From an uncultured Acidobacteriota bacterium (GTDB lineage: Bacteria; Acidobacteriota; Thermoanaerobaculia; UBA5066; DATFVB01), in the NCBI GenBank assembly GCA_963813155.1, contig CAWEYG010000003.1, positions 512,001 through 576,000 of the forward strand: 64,000 bases of DNA, given 5' to 3'. Under the pieces are notes generated by a model. It worked only from the letters and a program-made list of their open reading frames with translations, was not told the DNA's origin and searched no databases. Shown here piece after piece: positions 9,443 through 18,672 of the stretch (positions within the stretch are counted from its first letter, which is position 1; the number at the start of each line of letters is the position of its first letter). A program made the translations under genes and the position numbers.

Positions 9443-10546
9443 ATGACCGCGAAGGAGATCTCCCGACTCCTCGCGTTCGCCTCCGTCTGGGCGGCCGGGC
9501 TCTTCCTGCTCGCATTCACGGCGATCCGAACCCTGCCCGACGTCAACGGTTTCGGCCGGCTGTGGGCCGGAAAGCCGGTCGAGATCTCGTCGCGCTATCC
9601 CCTCGCCCGATGGGATTCCTTCTGGTACGCCGGCATCGTGAAAAACGGTTACGAGGGCCGAGACGACGGCAACCTGCACAACGTCGTGTTCTATCCCCTG
9701 TACCCGCTGATCGTCGGCGCCGTCTCGGCGGCCTTCCATTGCGATCCCTTCGCGGCGGGTTCCGCCGTCTCGCTCGCGGCGCTCCTGGCTGCCGTCGTTC
9801 TCCTGGGTTCCCTCGCCCGGGAGGAGGGATTCGACGCGGACGCCACGGCGCGAGCCCTGCTCTGGTTTCCCACGGCATTTTTCTTCGCTTCCGTTTATAC
9901 GGAGTCCCTCTTTCTCCTCGTCACGGTCGCTTCCCTCCTGGCCGCCCGCCGGCGCCGGTACGTGATGGCCGCCCTGTGCGGCCTCCTCGCCGGGCTCTGC
10001 CGGCCCACCGGGTTCCTGCTGGCGATCCCGATCGCGTGGCCCCTTCTCGAGAAGCGGCCCCTTCGGCTCGACCGGCGCAGCGTTGCGATTCTCTTCGCCG
10101 CGCTCTCTCCACTTCTCGGCCTCGGGGCTTTTCTCGTTTTCGTTCGACTCCGCCTCGGCGACGCGATGCTCCCGTTCGAGATCCAGAAGTCGGGATGGCA
10201 CCACCATCTCTCCTGGCCGTGGCGGCCGATCCTCCGGGGATGGTTCTGGGCTCCCCGCCTTCGATTTCAGGTCGCCGCGACCCTGGCCTTCTTCGCGCTC
10301 GCCGCGCTTCTCTGGAAACGCCACAAGGGGTACTCGCTCTATGTCGCCGGGACGCTCCTGCTGGCCTGCACGTCCGGCACGGTCATGAGCGTGCCGCGCT
10401 TCGTTCTCGACCTCTTTCCCGCGTTTTTCCTGCTCGGAGAGCTCCTACGGAGGTCCCGCTTCGCCGAGTCCGTTTACGCGACCGCCGGGATTCTCGGGCT
10501 GGCGTATTGCACTTGCCGGTTCGTGGCCGGGCTGTGGATCGCGTGA
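9443..10546 (+). CDS. Mannosyltransferase family protein (PIG-V-like, GT-C)
   Basis: ARWDSFWY..IVKNGY, VFYPLYPL, FPTAFFFASVYTESLFL, RPTG. Confidence 0.85.
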   Translation: MTAKEISRLLAFASVWAAGLFLLAFTAIRTLPDVNGFGRLWAGKPVEISSRYPLARWDSFWYAGIVKNGYEGRDDGNLHNVVFYPLYPLIVGAVSAAFHCDPFAAGSAVSLAALLAAVVLLGSLAREEGFDADATARALLWFPTAFFFASVYTESLFLLVTVASLLAARRRRYVMAALCGLLAGLCRPTGFLLAIPIAWPLLEKRPLRLDRRSVAILFAALSPLLGLGAFLVFVRLRLGDAMLPFEIQKSGWHHHLSWPWRPILRGWFWAPRLRFQVAATLAFFALAALLWKRHKGYSLYVAGTLLLACTSGTVMSVPRFVLDLFPAFFLLGELLRRSRFAESVYATAGILGLAYCTCRFVAGLWIA

Positions 10547-10556
10547 GAGCCATCCG

Positions 10557-11630
10557 ATGAGCCGCCCGACCCTTCTCTCGATCCTCGTGCTCGCGGCGGT
10601 CTGGGCCGCGGCCCTGTATCTGCTCGCCGATTTCGCTCCAACGACCTTTTCCGGCCGGCCCCCGATCCGGCAGCCGTCGACCGCATTTGCCCGCTGGGAT
10701 TCTCCCTGGTATGCGCGAATCGCGACGAGCGGTTACGAGGGCAGCTCGGACGGCCGGATGCACGACATCGCGTTTTTCCCGCTCTACCCTCTCGCGATCG
10801 CCGCGCTGTCCCGGTCGACCGGGCTCGCTCCCCTGCTCGCAGGCCAGATCGTCTCCCTGGCCGCGCTTGTCGGCGCCCTGGTTGTCCTGGCCCTTCTGGC
10901 TCGCGAGGAAGGATTCGACGAGCTCGCCACGGTTCGGGCGCTTCTCGCGTTCCCCACGGCGTTCTTCTTCCTCGCCGTTTACACCGAGGCTCTCTACCTC
11001 TTCGTGTCGGTGGCCTGCCTGCTCGCTGTCCGGCGCCGGAAATATGCGATTGCCGCACTGGCCGGATTCCTCGCCGGGATCTGCCGGCCGAACGGGTTTC
11101 TCCTGACCGTTCCCGTCGCCTGGGCGCTCTTCGAAGAGCGTTCTCCGTCTCCGGATCGCTCTCGCGCGGGGCCGTGGCTCGCGGCTGCGGCTCCGAGTGT
11201 CGGCCTTGCGGCCTTCCTTGCCTACAGCTGGGCGAAGCTGGGCGATCCCCTGCTTCCCGTCTCGATCCAGCGGAGCGGCTGGCACCATTCCCTCACATGG
11301 CCGTGGCGAACGCTGATCGGAGGCTGGTTCTGGAAGCCGCATCTCCGATTCGAAGTCATCCTGGTGCTGTTATTTTTCGCCGCAGCGGCGTTCTTGTGGA
11401 AGCGTTTCAAGGGATATTCGGCGTATTTAACCCTCGCGCTCCTCATGCTCTGTCTGTCCGGCCAGCTCTTCAGCGCCTCGCGGTACGTCCTCGTGCTCTT
11501 TCCCGCGTTCTTCTTGCTCGGAGATCTCTTCCGGAGGTTTCCCTGGGTCGAGTGGGCTTACGCGACCTGCTCCCTGCTCGGCCTCGGGTACCTCACGATC
11601 CGGTTCGCGCTCGGGTTCTGGGTCGCCTAG
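10557..11630 (+). CDS. Mannosyltransferase family protein (PIG-V-like), tandem paralog
   Basis: ARWDSPWY..IATSGY, AFFPLYPL, FPTAFFFLAVYTEALYL, SGWHH-LTWPWR shared with the upstream gene. Confidence 0.85.
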   Translation: MSRPTLLSILVLAAVWAAALYLLADFAPTTFSGRPPIRQPSTAFARWDSPWYARIATSGYEGSSDGRMHDIAFFPLYPLAIAALSRSTGLAPLLAGQIVSLAALVGALVVLALLAREEGFDELATVRALLAFPTAFFFLAVYTEALYLFVSVACLLAVRRRKYAIAALAGFLAGICRPNGFLLTVPVAWALFEERSPSPDRSRAGPWLAAAAPSVGLAAFLAYSWAKLGDPLLPVSIQRSGWHHSLTWPWRTLIGGWFWKPHLRFEVILVLLFFAAAAFLWKRFKGYSAYLTLALLMLCLSGQLFSASRYVLVLFPAFFLLGDLFRRFPWVEWAYATCSLLGLGYLTIRFALGFWVA

Positions 11631-11656
11631 CTCCCGAACACGACACGCGCCGAGGG

Positions 11657-11929
11657 TTAGCCGCGGCGGCGGCGGGCCAGCACTGCATTGAGGATTTGCT
11701 GCACCTGATAGAGCCGCTGGAGCTTCCGGTTGCGCTTCTGAACGGCTTCGATGTCGTTGGGCGGCGCGGCCGTGCCCCGGACCTCGCGGGTGAACTTCTC
11801 GAGCTCCGCGGAGAAGCCCTGGAGGTCGGCGACCTGAAATTTTTTGAAAGTGTGCTCCGACACGATGATGTATCCCTCGGCGACATCCTTGACCATCGCC
11901 ATCGCGGACCCGCCGACGAAAACGCTCAT
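11657..11929 (-). CDS. Small hypothetical protein (90 aa, helical)
   Basis: Genome-like codon usage; -10 TAAGAT 6 nt upstream of the ATG. Confidence 0.75.
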   Translation of the reverse strand: MSVFVGGSAMAMVKDVAEGYIIVSEHTFKKFQVADLQGFSAELEKFTREVRGTAAPPNDIEAVQKRNRKLQRLYQVQQILNAVLARRRRG

Positions 11930-12021
11930 CCCGGAATCTTAACCGACCCCCGAAGGCCGCGCGGCCCCATGCTAAACTTCTGCAAAGTAAATTCGTACAA
12001 GAGGATGGAGGGATTGTCCTG

Positions 12022-12612
12022 ATGCTCGCATGCGGCCTCATTCCCCTCGGCCTGGCCCTGGTCCTGGTCTTCTGGGTGATCGGGAAGTACAACGGCCTCG
12101 TCACCCTAAGAAACCAGGTCGCCAACGCCTGGAAGCAGATCGACATCCAGCTCAAGCGTCGATACGACCTCATCCCGAACCTCGTTTCCGCCGTCAAGGG
12201 GGAGATGAAGTTCGAGCAGGACACCCTGGAGAAAGTGATCGCGGCGCGGAACCAGGCGGTCGCGGCATCGCAGAACCCGGGCGTCGGGGTCGCCGCCCAG
12301 GCCCAGTCGGAAAATGCGCTCTCGGCCACCCTCTCCCGCTTCATCGGCCTGGTCGAGAACTACCCGAACCTCAAGGCGAACGAACAGGTCCGAGCCCTCA
12401 TGGAGGAGCTGACCTCGACTGAGAACAAGATCGGGTTCGCCCGCCAGTTCTACAACGACCTCGCGACGAACTACAACATCTCTCAGCAGGTCTTCCCGGC
12501 GAGCTTCATCGCGAGCACGTTCCACTTCACCCCGGTCGAACTGTTCCAGATTCCCGAGGGAGAAGCGGCGCAGCGGGAAGTCCCGAAGGTCGATCTCAAC
12601 CTGGGATCGTGA
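12022..12612 (+). CDS. lemA: LemA family protein
   Basis: YNGLV..RNQV.NAW.QIDIQLKRRYDLIPNLV, ENYPNLKAN; SD GGAGG. Confidence 0.95.
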   Translation: MLACGLIPLGLALVLVFWVIGKYNGLVTLRNQVANAWKQIDIQLKRRYDLIPNLVSAVKGEMKFEQDTLEKVIAARNQAVAASQNPGVGVAAQAQSENALSATLSRFIGLVENYPNLKANEQVRALMEELTSTENKIGFARQFYNDLATNYNISQQVFPASFIASTFHFTPVELFQIPEGEAAQREVPKVDLNLGS

Positions 12613-13556
12613 TCTCCAAGACCCTTTACGACCGCCAGAAGGAGAACCGGTCCAGGACGTTCGTCCTGATCGGCTTCTTCATCGTCTTCCTCGGATTCCT
12701 GGGCGCCGGCCTCGATTTCGCGTTCGTCGGCCGCCAGACCGGCCTCCCCATCGCCACGCTCGGCGCGATCGCGATCGGCGCGTTCTCCGCCTACTGGAGC
12801 CTCCACGGCGGAGACCAGGCGATTCTCGCGTCCACCCGCGCGCGGCCCCTCGACCCCTCGAATGGCCCGGAGAAAGCCTTCGACGACGTTCTGGAGGAGA
12901 TGTCGATCGCGTCCGGGATGCCGAAGCCGAAAGGCTACGTGATTCCCGATCCCGATCCCAACGCGTTTGCGACCGGCGCCGACCCGGAGCACGCTTCGAT
13001 CGCGGTGACGGAGGGTCTCCTCGCGCTCATGAACCGGGAAGAGCTTCAGGGCGTCGTCTCCCACGAAATGTCCCACGTCAAGGACTACGACACCCGCTAC
13101 ATGACCGTTCTCGCCGCGCTGGCCGGGGCGGTCCTGCTCCTGTCCGCATGGAGCCGCAGCGCCCTGTGGTGGGGCGGCGGACGGCGGCGCAGCGACGACC
13201 GCGAAGGCGGAGGGGGCGGTATCCTCGTGTTGCTCGTGTGGATCGTCGCGGCCGTCCTCGCGCCCCTGATCGCGCAACTCGTCACGCTCGCCGTCTCGAG
13301 GCAGCGCGAATATCTCGCCGATGCGACCGGCGCGGAGCTCACGCGCAACCCTCTGGCCCTCGCCTCGGCGCTCCAGAAAATCGGATCCGCGTCCGAGCCC
13401 ACCCGAACCATCACGGAAGGAGTCGGCCACCTCTGCATCGAAGATCCCCGCGGCCGCCCATTGAACGGCAGCGAATCCTCCCTCGCGAGCTGGTTCTCGA
13501 CGCACCCGCCGATTCAGAAGAGAATCGAGATCCTGCGGGCGATGGCACACGCGTAG
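12609..13556 (+). CDS. htpX: M48 family zinc metalloprotease HtpX
   Basis: PNAFATG, HEMSH, SRQREYLADA, FSTHPP. Confidence 0.93.
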   Translation: MISKTLYDRQKENRSRTFVLIGFFIVFLGFLGAGLDFAFVGRQTGLPIATLGAIAIGAFSAYWSLHGGDQAILASTRARPLDPSNGPEKAFDDVLEEMSIASGMPKPKGYVIPDPDPNAFATGADPEHASIAVTEGLLALMNREELQGVVSHEMSHVKDYDTRYMTVLAALAGAVLLLSAWSRSALWWGGGRRRSDDREGGGGGILVLLVWIVAAVLAPLIAQLVTLAVSRQREYLADATGAELTRNPLALASALQKIGSASEPTRTITEGVGHLCIEDPRGRPLNGSESSLASWFSTHPPIQKRIEILRAMAHA

Positions 13557-13611
13557 GGCCTCGCCCCGGCTCACGCAGCGGCCGCAGCCTTTCGGGTAGA
13601 ATCGACGCCGA

Positions 13612-14223
13612 ATGAGCACGCAACTCAAGAACGGACAGCCCGTTCCGGGCCTGAACGACGCAGCAAAGGTCGACGAGATCCGCGGCCACGTCCGCTCGAT
13701 CATCGAGATTCTCGGCCTCGATCCGGAGACCGATCCCAACCTCCGCGAGACGGACCGGCGCGTCGCGAAGATGTACCTGGAGATGTTTTCCGGGCTCTCG
13801 GAGGGCGCCGAGCCGGACATCACGTGTTTTCCGAACGAGGAGAACTACAGCTCCATGGTGATGGAGAAGGAGATCCCGTTCTACTCGCTGTGCTCGCACC
13901 ACTTCGTCCCGTTCTACGGCCACGCCCACATCGCCTACATTCCAAACGAGCGAATCGTCGGACTGTCGAAGATGCCCCGGATCCTCGAGTTCTACGCAAA
14001 GCGCCCGCAGCTCCAGGAGAGGCTGACCGAACAGATCGCCGGATACCTCGAGAGCCGGCTGAAACCCCAGGGAACCATGGTCGTTCTCGAAGCCCGTCAT
14101 CTCTGCGTCGAGATGCGCGGAGTCAAGAAGCCGGGAGCCGTCACCGTCACGTCCGCGATCCGCGGGATCTTCCTGAACAAGCCGGTCCGCGAGGAGTTCC
14201 TCGACCTCCTGAAGCGCCGCTAG
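13612..14223 (+). CDS. folE: GTP cyclohydrolase I
   Basis: SLCSHHFVPF, GLSK, RPQLQERLT, HLCVEMRGV. Confidence 0.96.
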   Translation: MSTQLKNGQPVPGLNDAAKVDEIRGHVRSIIEILGLDPETDPNLRETDRRVAKMYLEMFSGLSEGAEPDITCFPNEENYSSMVMEKEIPFYSLCSHHFVPFYGHAHIAYIPNERIVGLSKMPRILEFYAKRPQLQERLTEQIAGYLESRLKPQGTMVVLEARHLCVEMRGVKKPGAVTVTSAIRGIFLNKPVREEFLDLLKRR

Positions 14224-14969
14224 GGCGCGAACCGCTCGCGCAGCTCCCCCATCAGCTTCAGCCCTTGCCGCGTCCGCGCGCCGTGCCAGCAGCAGTCGTC
14301 GCCGTCCACGAGCTCGATCCGCATGGACTTCCCGAACGCCGCCTCGATCGCAGGGATGTGCTTTTCCGTGAAGGGGTACGGCTCGGATGAAAAGAACATC
14401 ACGTCGGGCCGTGCGGCAAGCACCCCTGCAGGAGTCACTTCGGGATAGCGGGACGTCGATTCCGCAAAGACGTTGACGCCGCCCGCGTACCGAAACAGGT
14501 CGCTGATGTACGTATCCCCGGAGACGGACATCCAGGGGTCCTTCCATATGAAATACGCGTATCGAAACCGCGGCGCGAGCTCGGCGGCGAGACGCCGTCG
14601 CGCCGATTCGATCTCGTCCGCCATCGCGTCGCCCGCTCCCGGTTCCCCGGCGTGAACGGCCAGCTCACGAACGTGGGGGGGAACTTCGGCGACGGTTCGC
14701 GGGAGGGAGACGTGCACCTGAAACCGCTCCGCCAGCGCTTCCACGTCCTCTTTCCGGTTCTCTTCCCCGTTCGCGAAGATCGCATCGGGGGCGAGGCGTT
14801 CGATCGCCGGGAGATCGATCGTCTTGGTTCCTCCAACCTTCGTCAGCGAACGGACGAGGTCCCGGGGCCGCGTGCAGTAACGCGTCGCTCCGACGAGACG
14901 GCCGCCGAGGCCGATCCCGGCGAGCGTTTCCGTCAGGGACGGACAAAGCGAAATCAAACGGGACGCCAT
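14220..14969 (-). CDS. Helical-backbone metal receptor (BtuF/TroA-like), no signal peptide
   Basis: RLISLCPSLTETL, VGATRYC, KVGGTK, EEN, SSEPYPF. Confidence 0.85.
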   Translation of the reverse strand: MASRLISLCPSLTETLAGIGLGGRLVGATRYCTRPRDLVRSLTKVGGTKTIDLPAIERLAPDAIFANGEENRKEDVEALAERFQVHVSLPRTVAEVPPHVRELAVHAGEPGAGDAMADEIESARRRLAAELAPRFRYAYFIWKDPWMSVSGDTYISDLFRYAGGVNVFAESTSRYPEVTPAGVLAARPDVMFFSSEPYPFTEKHIPAIEAAFGKSMRIELVDGDDCCWHGARTRQGLKLMGELRERFAP

Positions 14970-14979
14970 CGGTCCCGGC

Positions 14980-16492
14980 TCAGGAGAACGTCGTCGGGAG
15001 GCCGGCGTTGCGGAACATTCCCAGAAGCCCGCTCTTGTCCGTTGCCTTGATCCACGCTTCTTTCGGTTCCACGACCTTATCCCTCACGAGGGCAAAGAGC
15101 GAGTCGTTCATTGTGACCATGCCGGCGGCCTTCGACGTCTGCATGACCGACGCAATCTGGAACGTTTTCGCCTCGCGGATGAGACTCGAGACCGCATGGT
15201 TTGAAAGCAGGATCTCCAGCGCCGCCACGCGCCCGCCCCCGATCCGGCGACACAGGACCTGGGCAATGACACCCTTGAGCGCCTCGGCGAGCATCGTCCG
15301 GATTTGCTCCTGCTGGTTCGTCGGAAACTGGTCGATGATCCGGTCGACGGTCGAGATTGCCGTCGTCGTGTGCAGCGTGCCCAACACGAGGTGTCCGGTC
15401 TCCGCCGTTTCGATCGCGATCGCGATCGTCTCGAGGTCTCTCATCTCCCCGACCAGAACAATGTCCGGGTCCTCGCGCAGCGCGGCCCGGAGGGCGCTCT
15501 TGAACGACTGCGTGTGCGAGCCGACCTCGCGCTGGTTGACGAGACACCGCTGGTTCGAATGCACGAACTCGATGGGATCTTCGATCGTGATGATGTGGTC
15601 GGACCGGTTCTGGTTGATGTGATTCACCATCGACGCGAGCGTCGTCGACTTTCCCGACCCCGTCGGCCCGGTCACCAGAACGAGGCCCTTCGAAAGAAAA
15701 CAGAGATCCAGCACCGCCTTCGGGAGGCCGAGCTGCTCGACGGACTGGATGTCGAGCGGGATCTGGCGGAATACCGCGCCCACTCCGCCCCGGTCGCGGA
15801 AGGCGTTCACCCGGAATCTCGCGAGACCCTGGACCTCGTAGGCAAAGTCCGCGTCGTTCGATGCCTCGTAATCGCCCCGCGAGGCCTCCGAAAAGATCGG
15901 ATCGATCAGGGCGTGAACCGCCTCGGAGGTCAGCACTCCCCTTTCCTCGAGGAACATCATCTCGCCGTGGACGCGCAGAACAGGAACCGATCCGGCGGTC
16001 AGGTGGAGGTCCGAGGCCGCGCGTCCGATCATGATCGCGAGCAGCTCGTCGATCGGGTGGACGTTCGCGGAACGCGGCACCGAGGGAGGCGGCACGGCCG
16101 CGGGACGCGCCGTCGCGGCTGAAGGAGGCGGCGCGCCGCGGGAGGCCGGCCGCGCGGGCGCGGTCGCCGGATCGCCGCGAGGCGCTTCCGCAGCCGTTCT
16201 TCCGGAGATCCTCCGGACGCGGATCGACGGTCCCGGCCGCCTTTCGGGAGATCTCAATTTCGAAGTCTTCGCCCCCCGCGGACCACCGGACGGGGCTGGC
16301 CCCTCCCGCGCCGGCAGGAGAGGCCAGGACCTCCGAAGCGACGCCCTCGACCGCCGTGACGGAGAGGGCCTCGCGCCCGAGGTCGAGGCGCTGTCCCTGT
16401 CGCTGGACGAAGATCTTCTCGCCCGGAACGAGAAACATGTCGTCGCCGCCGGAACGGACGAGAGCATCCAGCAGCGGCACGAGCAGCGACAT
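14980..16492 (-). CDS. pilT: PilT/PilU type IV pilus retraction ATPase with extra N-terminal domain; apparent +1 frameshift near 16232
   Basis: ASDLHL, GPTGSGKSTT, TIEDPIE, LREDPD, GEMRD, TLHT; the N-terminal ~85 aa are in another frame, starting at ATG 16492 coupled to the upstream stop. Confidence 0.9.
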
Positions 16493-16959
16493 CAGACTTC
16501 GATCCGCGTCACGCGGTCCTTCCGAACGAGATAGACGGCATCGGAGCTTTCGATCGGGACGAATCTGCCGGCCTGATTGAACGCATCCGAAACGCGAGAC
16601 GACCCGGCGGGCAGGTTGGAAGAGAGTGCGCCCTCGACGCAGGCTCCGTTTTCCAGATACACCCGAACGACATAGACGTTCGCGATCACGTGGCCGGGAA
16701 GCCGGGAGAGCAGCGGCGCCTCCGGCGAGGCCTTCGCGACGAGGATCGAGTCGGAGCCCAGGAGCAGGAACGATCCCCCGCTGCGCACCGGCAGAAACGA
16801 GCGCGCGGCATTCAGGAACTCATCCAGGGTCTCCGGGCCGTCATGCCGCGGCGAGTTCGGCGCCAGAAACACCGTGCCCTCCAGGCGGCTGCCGTCCGAG
16901 ACCGTGAAGTCGACTTCGAGCGGAAGGATCGGAACGCGGATTTCGTCTTCGTCGGACAT
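16492..16959 (-). CDS. Hypothetical protein with two internally repeated small beta domains (DUF6812-like)
   Basis: Halves DGSRLEG..ETLDEFLNAARSFLPV and NGACVEG..RVSDAFNQAGRFVPI; TGATG coupling to pilT. Confidence 0.75.
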   Translation of the reverse strand: MSDEDEIRVPILPLEVDFTVSDGSRLEGTVFLAPNSPRHDGPETLDEFLNAARSFLPVRSGGSFLLLGSDSILVAKASPEAPLLSRLPGHVIANVYVVRVYLENGACVEGALSSNLPAGSSRVSDAFNQAGRFVPIESSDAVYLVRKDRVTRIEV

Positions 16960-16983
16960 GTCTCGTTTTCCGACATCATACCG

Positions 16984-17012
16984 AAACGAAAACGCCCGGC
17001 CGGAGCCGGGCG
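16984..17012 (-). terminator. Intrinsic terminator of the alpha operon
   Basis: CGCCCGGC-UCCG-GCCGGGCG followed by UUUUCGUUU, downstream of rplQ. Confidence 0.85.
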
Positions 17013-17043
17013 CGAAATTCTCGGATTGGCCGACCCGCAACCC

Positions 17044-17664
17044 CTACTGGCCGCGGTTCGCACCCTTCTTGACGGGCTTGGAGCCCTTCGCCTTCGACTG
17101 CTTCGCCGGAGCGCCCTTCGACTTGGGCTCCGGACCCTTTTTGCCCTTCGCGGCGTGCGCCGCGGGAGCCCTCTTCGCCTCGGCCGCCGGAGCTTCCCCG
17201 CCGGCCTCCTCTTTTTCCTTCCGAATCGTCTCGACCTTCGAGGAAACGGATCGCCGCGCGCGTTCCATCGTCGACTCCCGCTTCGGGCCCCGCTCCTTCG
17301 CGGTGAATTTGTAATCGACGAACTCCAGGATCGCCTCCTCGGAATTGTCGCCCCGACGCCGGCCGAGATGAAGGATCCGCGTGTATCCCCCGGGCCGGTC
17401 CGTGAAGCGCGGCCCGAGCGTGTCGAAAACCTTCTTGACGAGCGGACGGCTCGGGACCCACCGGAAGACCTTGCGCCGCGACGGAACGGAATCCGTCTTC
17501 CCCATCGTGACGACCTTCTCCACCAGGGGCCGAAGCTCCTTGGCCTTTTCCAGGGTCGTCGCGATGCGCTCGTGCTCGACGATCGACATCAGCTGGTTGC
17601 GGAACATCGCAATGCGATGCGAGGTCGTCCGCCGGAGCTTTCGACCGAATCGATTGTGCTGCAT
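17044..17664 (-). CDS. rplQ: 50S ribosomal protein L17 with Lys/Ala-rich C-terminal extension
   Basis: RKLRRTTSHR, TTLEKAKELR, RPGGYTRI. Confidence 0.97.
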   Translation of the reverse strand: MQHNRFGRKLRRTTSHRIAMFRNQLMSIVEHERIATTLEKAKELRPLVEKVVTMGKTDSVPSRRKVFRWVPSRPLVKKVFDTLGPRFTDRPGGYTRILHLGRRRGDNSEEAILEFVDYKFTAKERGPKRESTMERARRSVSSKVETIRKEKEEAGGEAPAAEAKRAPAAHAAKGKKGPEPKSKGAPAKQSKAKGSKPVKKGANRGQ

Positions 17665-17673
17665 GGGTGCCTC

Positions 17674-18657
17674 TTACTTCTCGATTCCCGCCGGGACGTT
17701 GTTCAGGTCCATCCCCAGCGAAAGCCCCATCGAACGCAGCAGGTCCTTGATCTCGTTCAACGACTTGCGCCCGAAATTCTTCGTCTCGAGCATTTCCTTT
17801 TCGGTCTTCTGGACCAGCTCCCGGATCGTCTTGATGTCGGCGTTCTTCAGGCAGTTCGAGGAACGAACCGAAAGCTCCAGCTCGTCGACCGATTTGTTGA
17901 GCACTTCATTCAGGTTTTCCGGAAGCTCCCGCTCCGCCGCGTGGTCGAAAGCGGTGTCGTGCTCCGCGTTGATGAAGATTGTCAGGTGCTCCGTCAACAG
18001 AGTCGCCGCCATTCCGACGGCGTCCTCGGGCGAGACCGTGCCGTCGGTCCAGACCTCCAGAACGAGCCGGTCGAAATCGGTTTCCTGGCCGATTCGCGCC
18101 GCTTCAATGTGGTAATTGACTCTTCGGACGGGCGAATGGACGGAATCGATCGGGATGTAGCCGATCCCCATGTCCTCGTCGAAGTTCTTGTCCGCCGAGA
18201 CGTAACCGCGGCCGCGGGAAAGCCTCATCTCCATGCTGAGATGGCCGCCCTCCGAGAGCGTCGCGACGTGCGCCTTCGGGTCGAGAATCTCCACGTCGGC
18301 CGACTCCTCGATGTCCGCCGCCGTGACCTTCCCCTTGCGCTCCACGTCGAGGCGAAGGATCTTTTCCTCTTCCGCCATCAGCTTGAACGGAATCTGCTTC
18401 AGGTTCAGGATGATGTCGGTCACGTCTTCCACGACGCCGGGGATCGAGGAAAACTCGTGGAGCACTCCCTCGATCTTGACGGCCGTGATCGCCGCGCCTT
18501 CGATCGAAGAAAGCAGGGCTCGACGCAGCGCGTTGCCCACCGTCGTTCCGAAGCCGCGCTCGAAAGGCTGCGCGTAGAAGCGGCCGTAGGTCGACGTCAG
18601 GGTTTCCTGGTCGACTTCCAGTCTCTTCGGTTTCTGAAATCCCTTCCAAAGTCTCAT
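17674..18657 (-). CDS. rpoA: RNA polymerase alpha subunit
   Basis: [36 protein letters not shown]. Confidence 0.99.
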   Translation of the reverse strand: MRLWKGFQKPKRLEVDQETLTSTYGRFYAQPFERGFGTTVGNALRRALLSSIEGAAITAVKIEGVLHEFSSIPGVVEDVTDIILNLKQIPFKLMAEEEKILRLDVERKGKVTAADIEESADVEILDPKAHVATLSEGGHLSMEMRLSRGRGYVSADKNFDEDMGIGYIPIDSVHSPVRRVNYHIEAARIGQETDFDRLVLEVWTDGTVSPEDAVGMAATLLTEHLTIFINAEHDTAFDHAAERELPENLNEVLNKSVDELELSVRSSNCLKNADIKTIRELVQKTEKEMLETKNFGRKSLNEIKDLLRSMGLSLGMDLNNVPAGIEK

Positions 18658-18672
18658 GTGTCTCCTCCGCCG

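Noticed and set aside
12005-12022. Mini-ORF MEGLS* overlapping the lemA ATG
   Set aside because: Coincides with the lemA SD (GGAGG) and has no properly spaced SD of its own
14220-14223. Shared CTAG stops of convergent genes (also 59023-59026)
   Set aside because: Common compact overlap; no evidence of a special function
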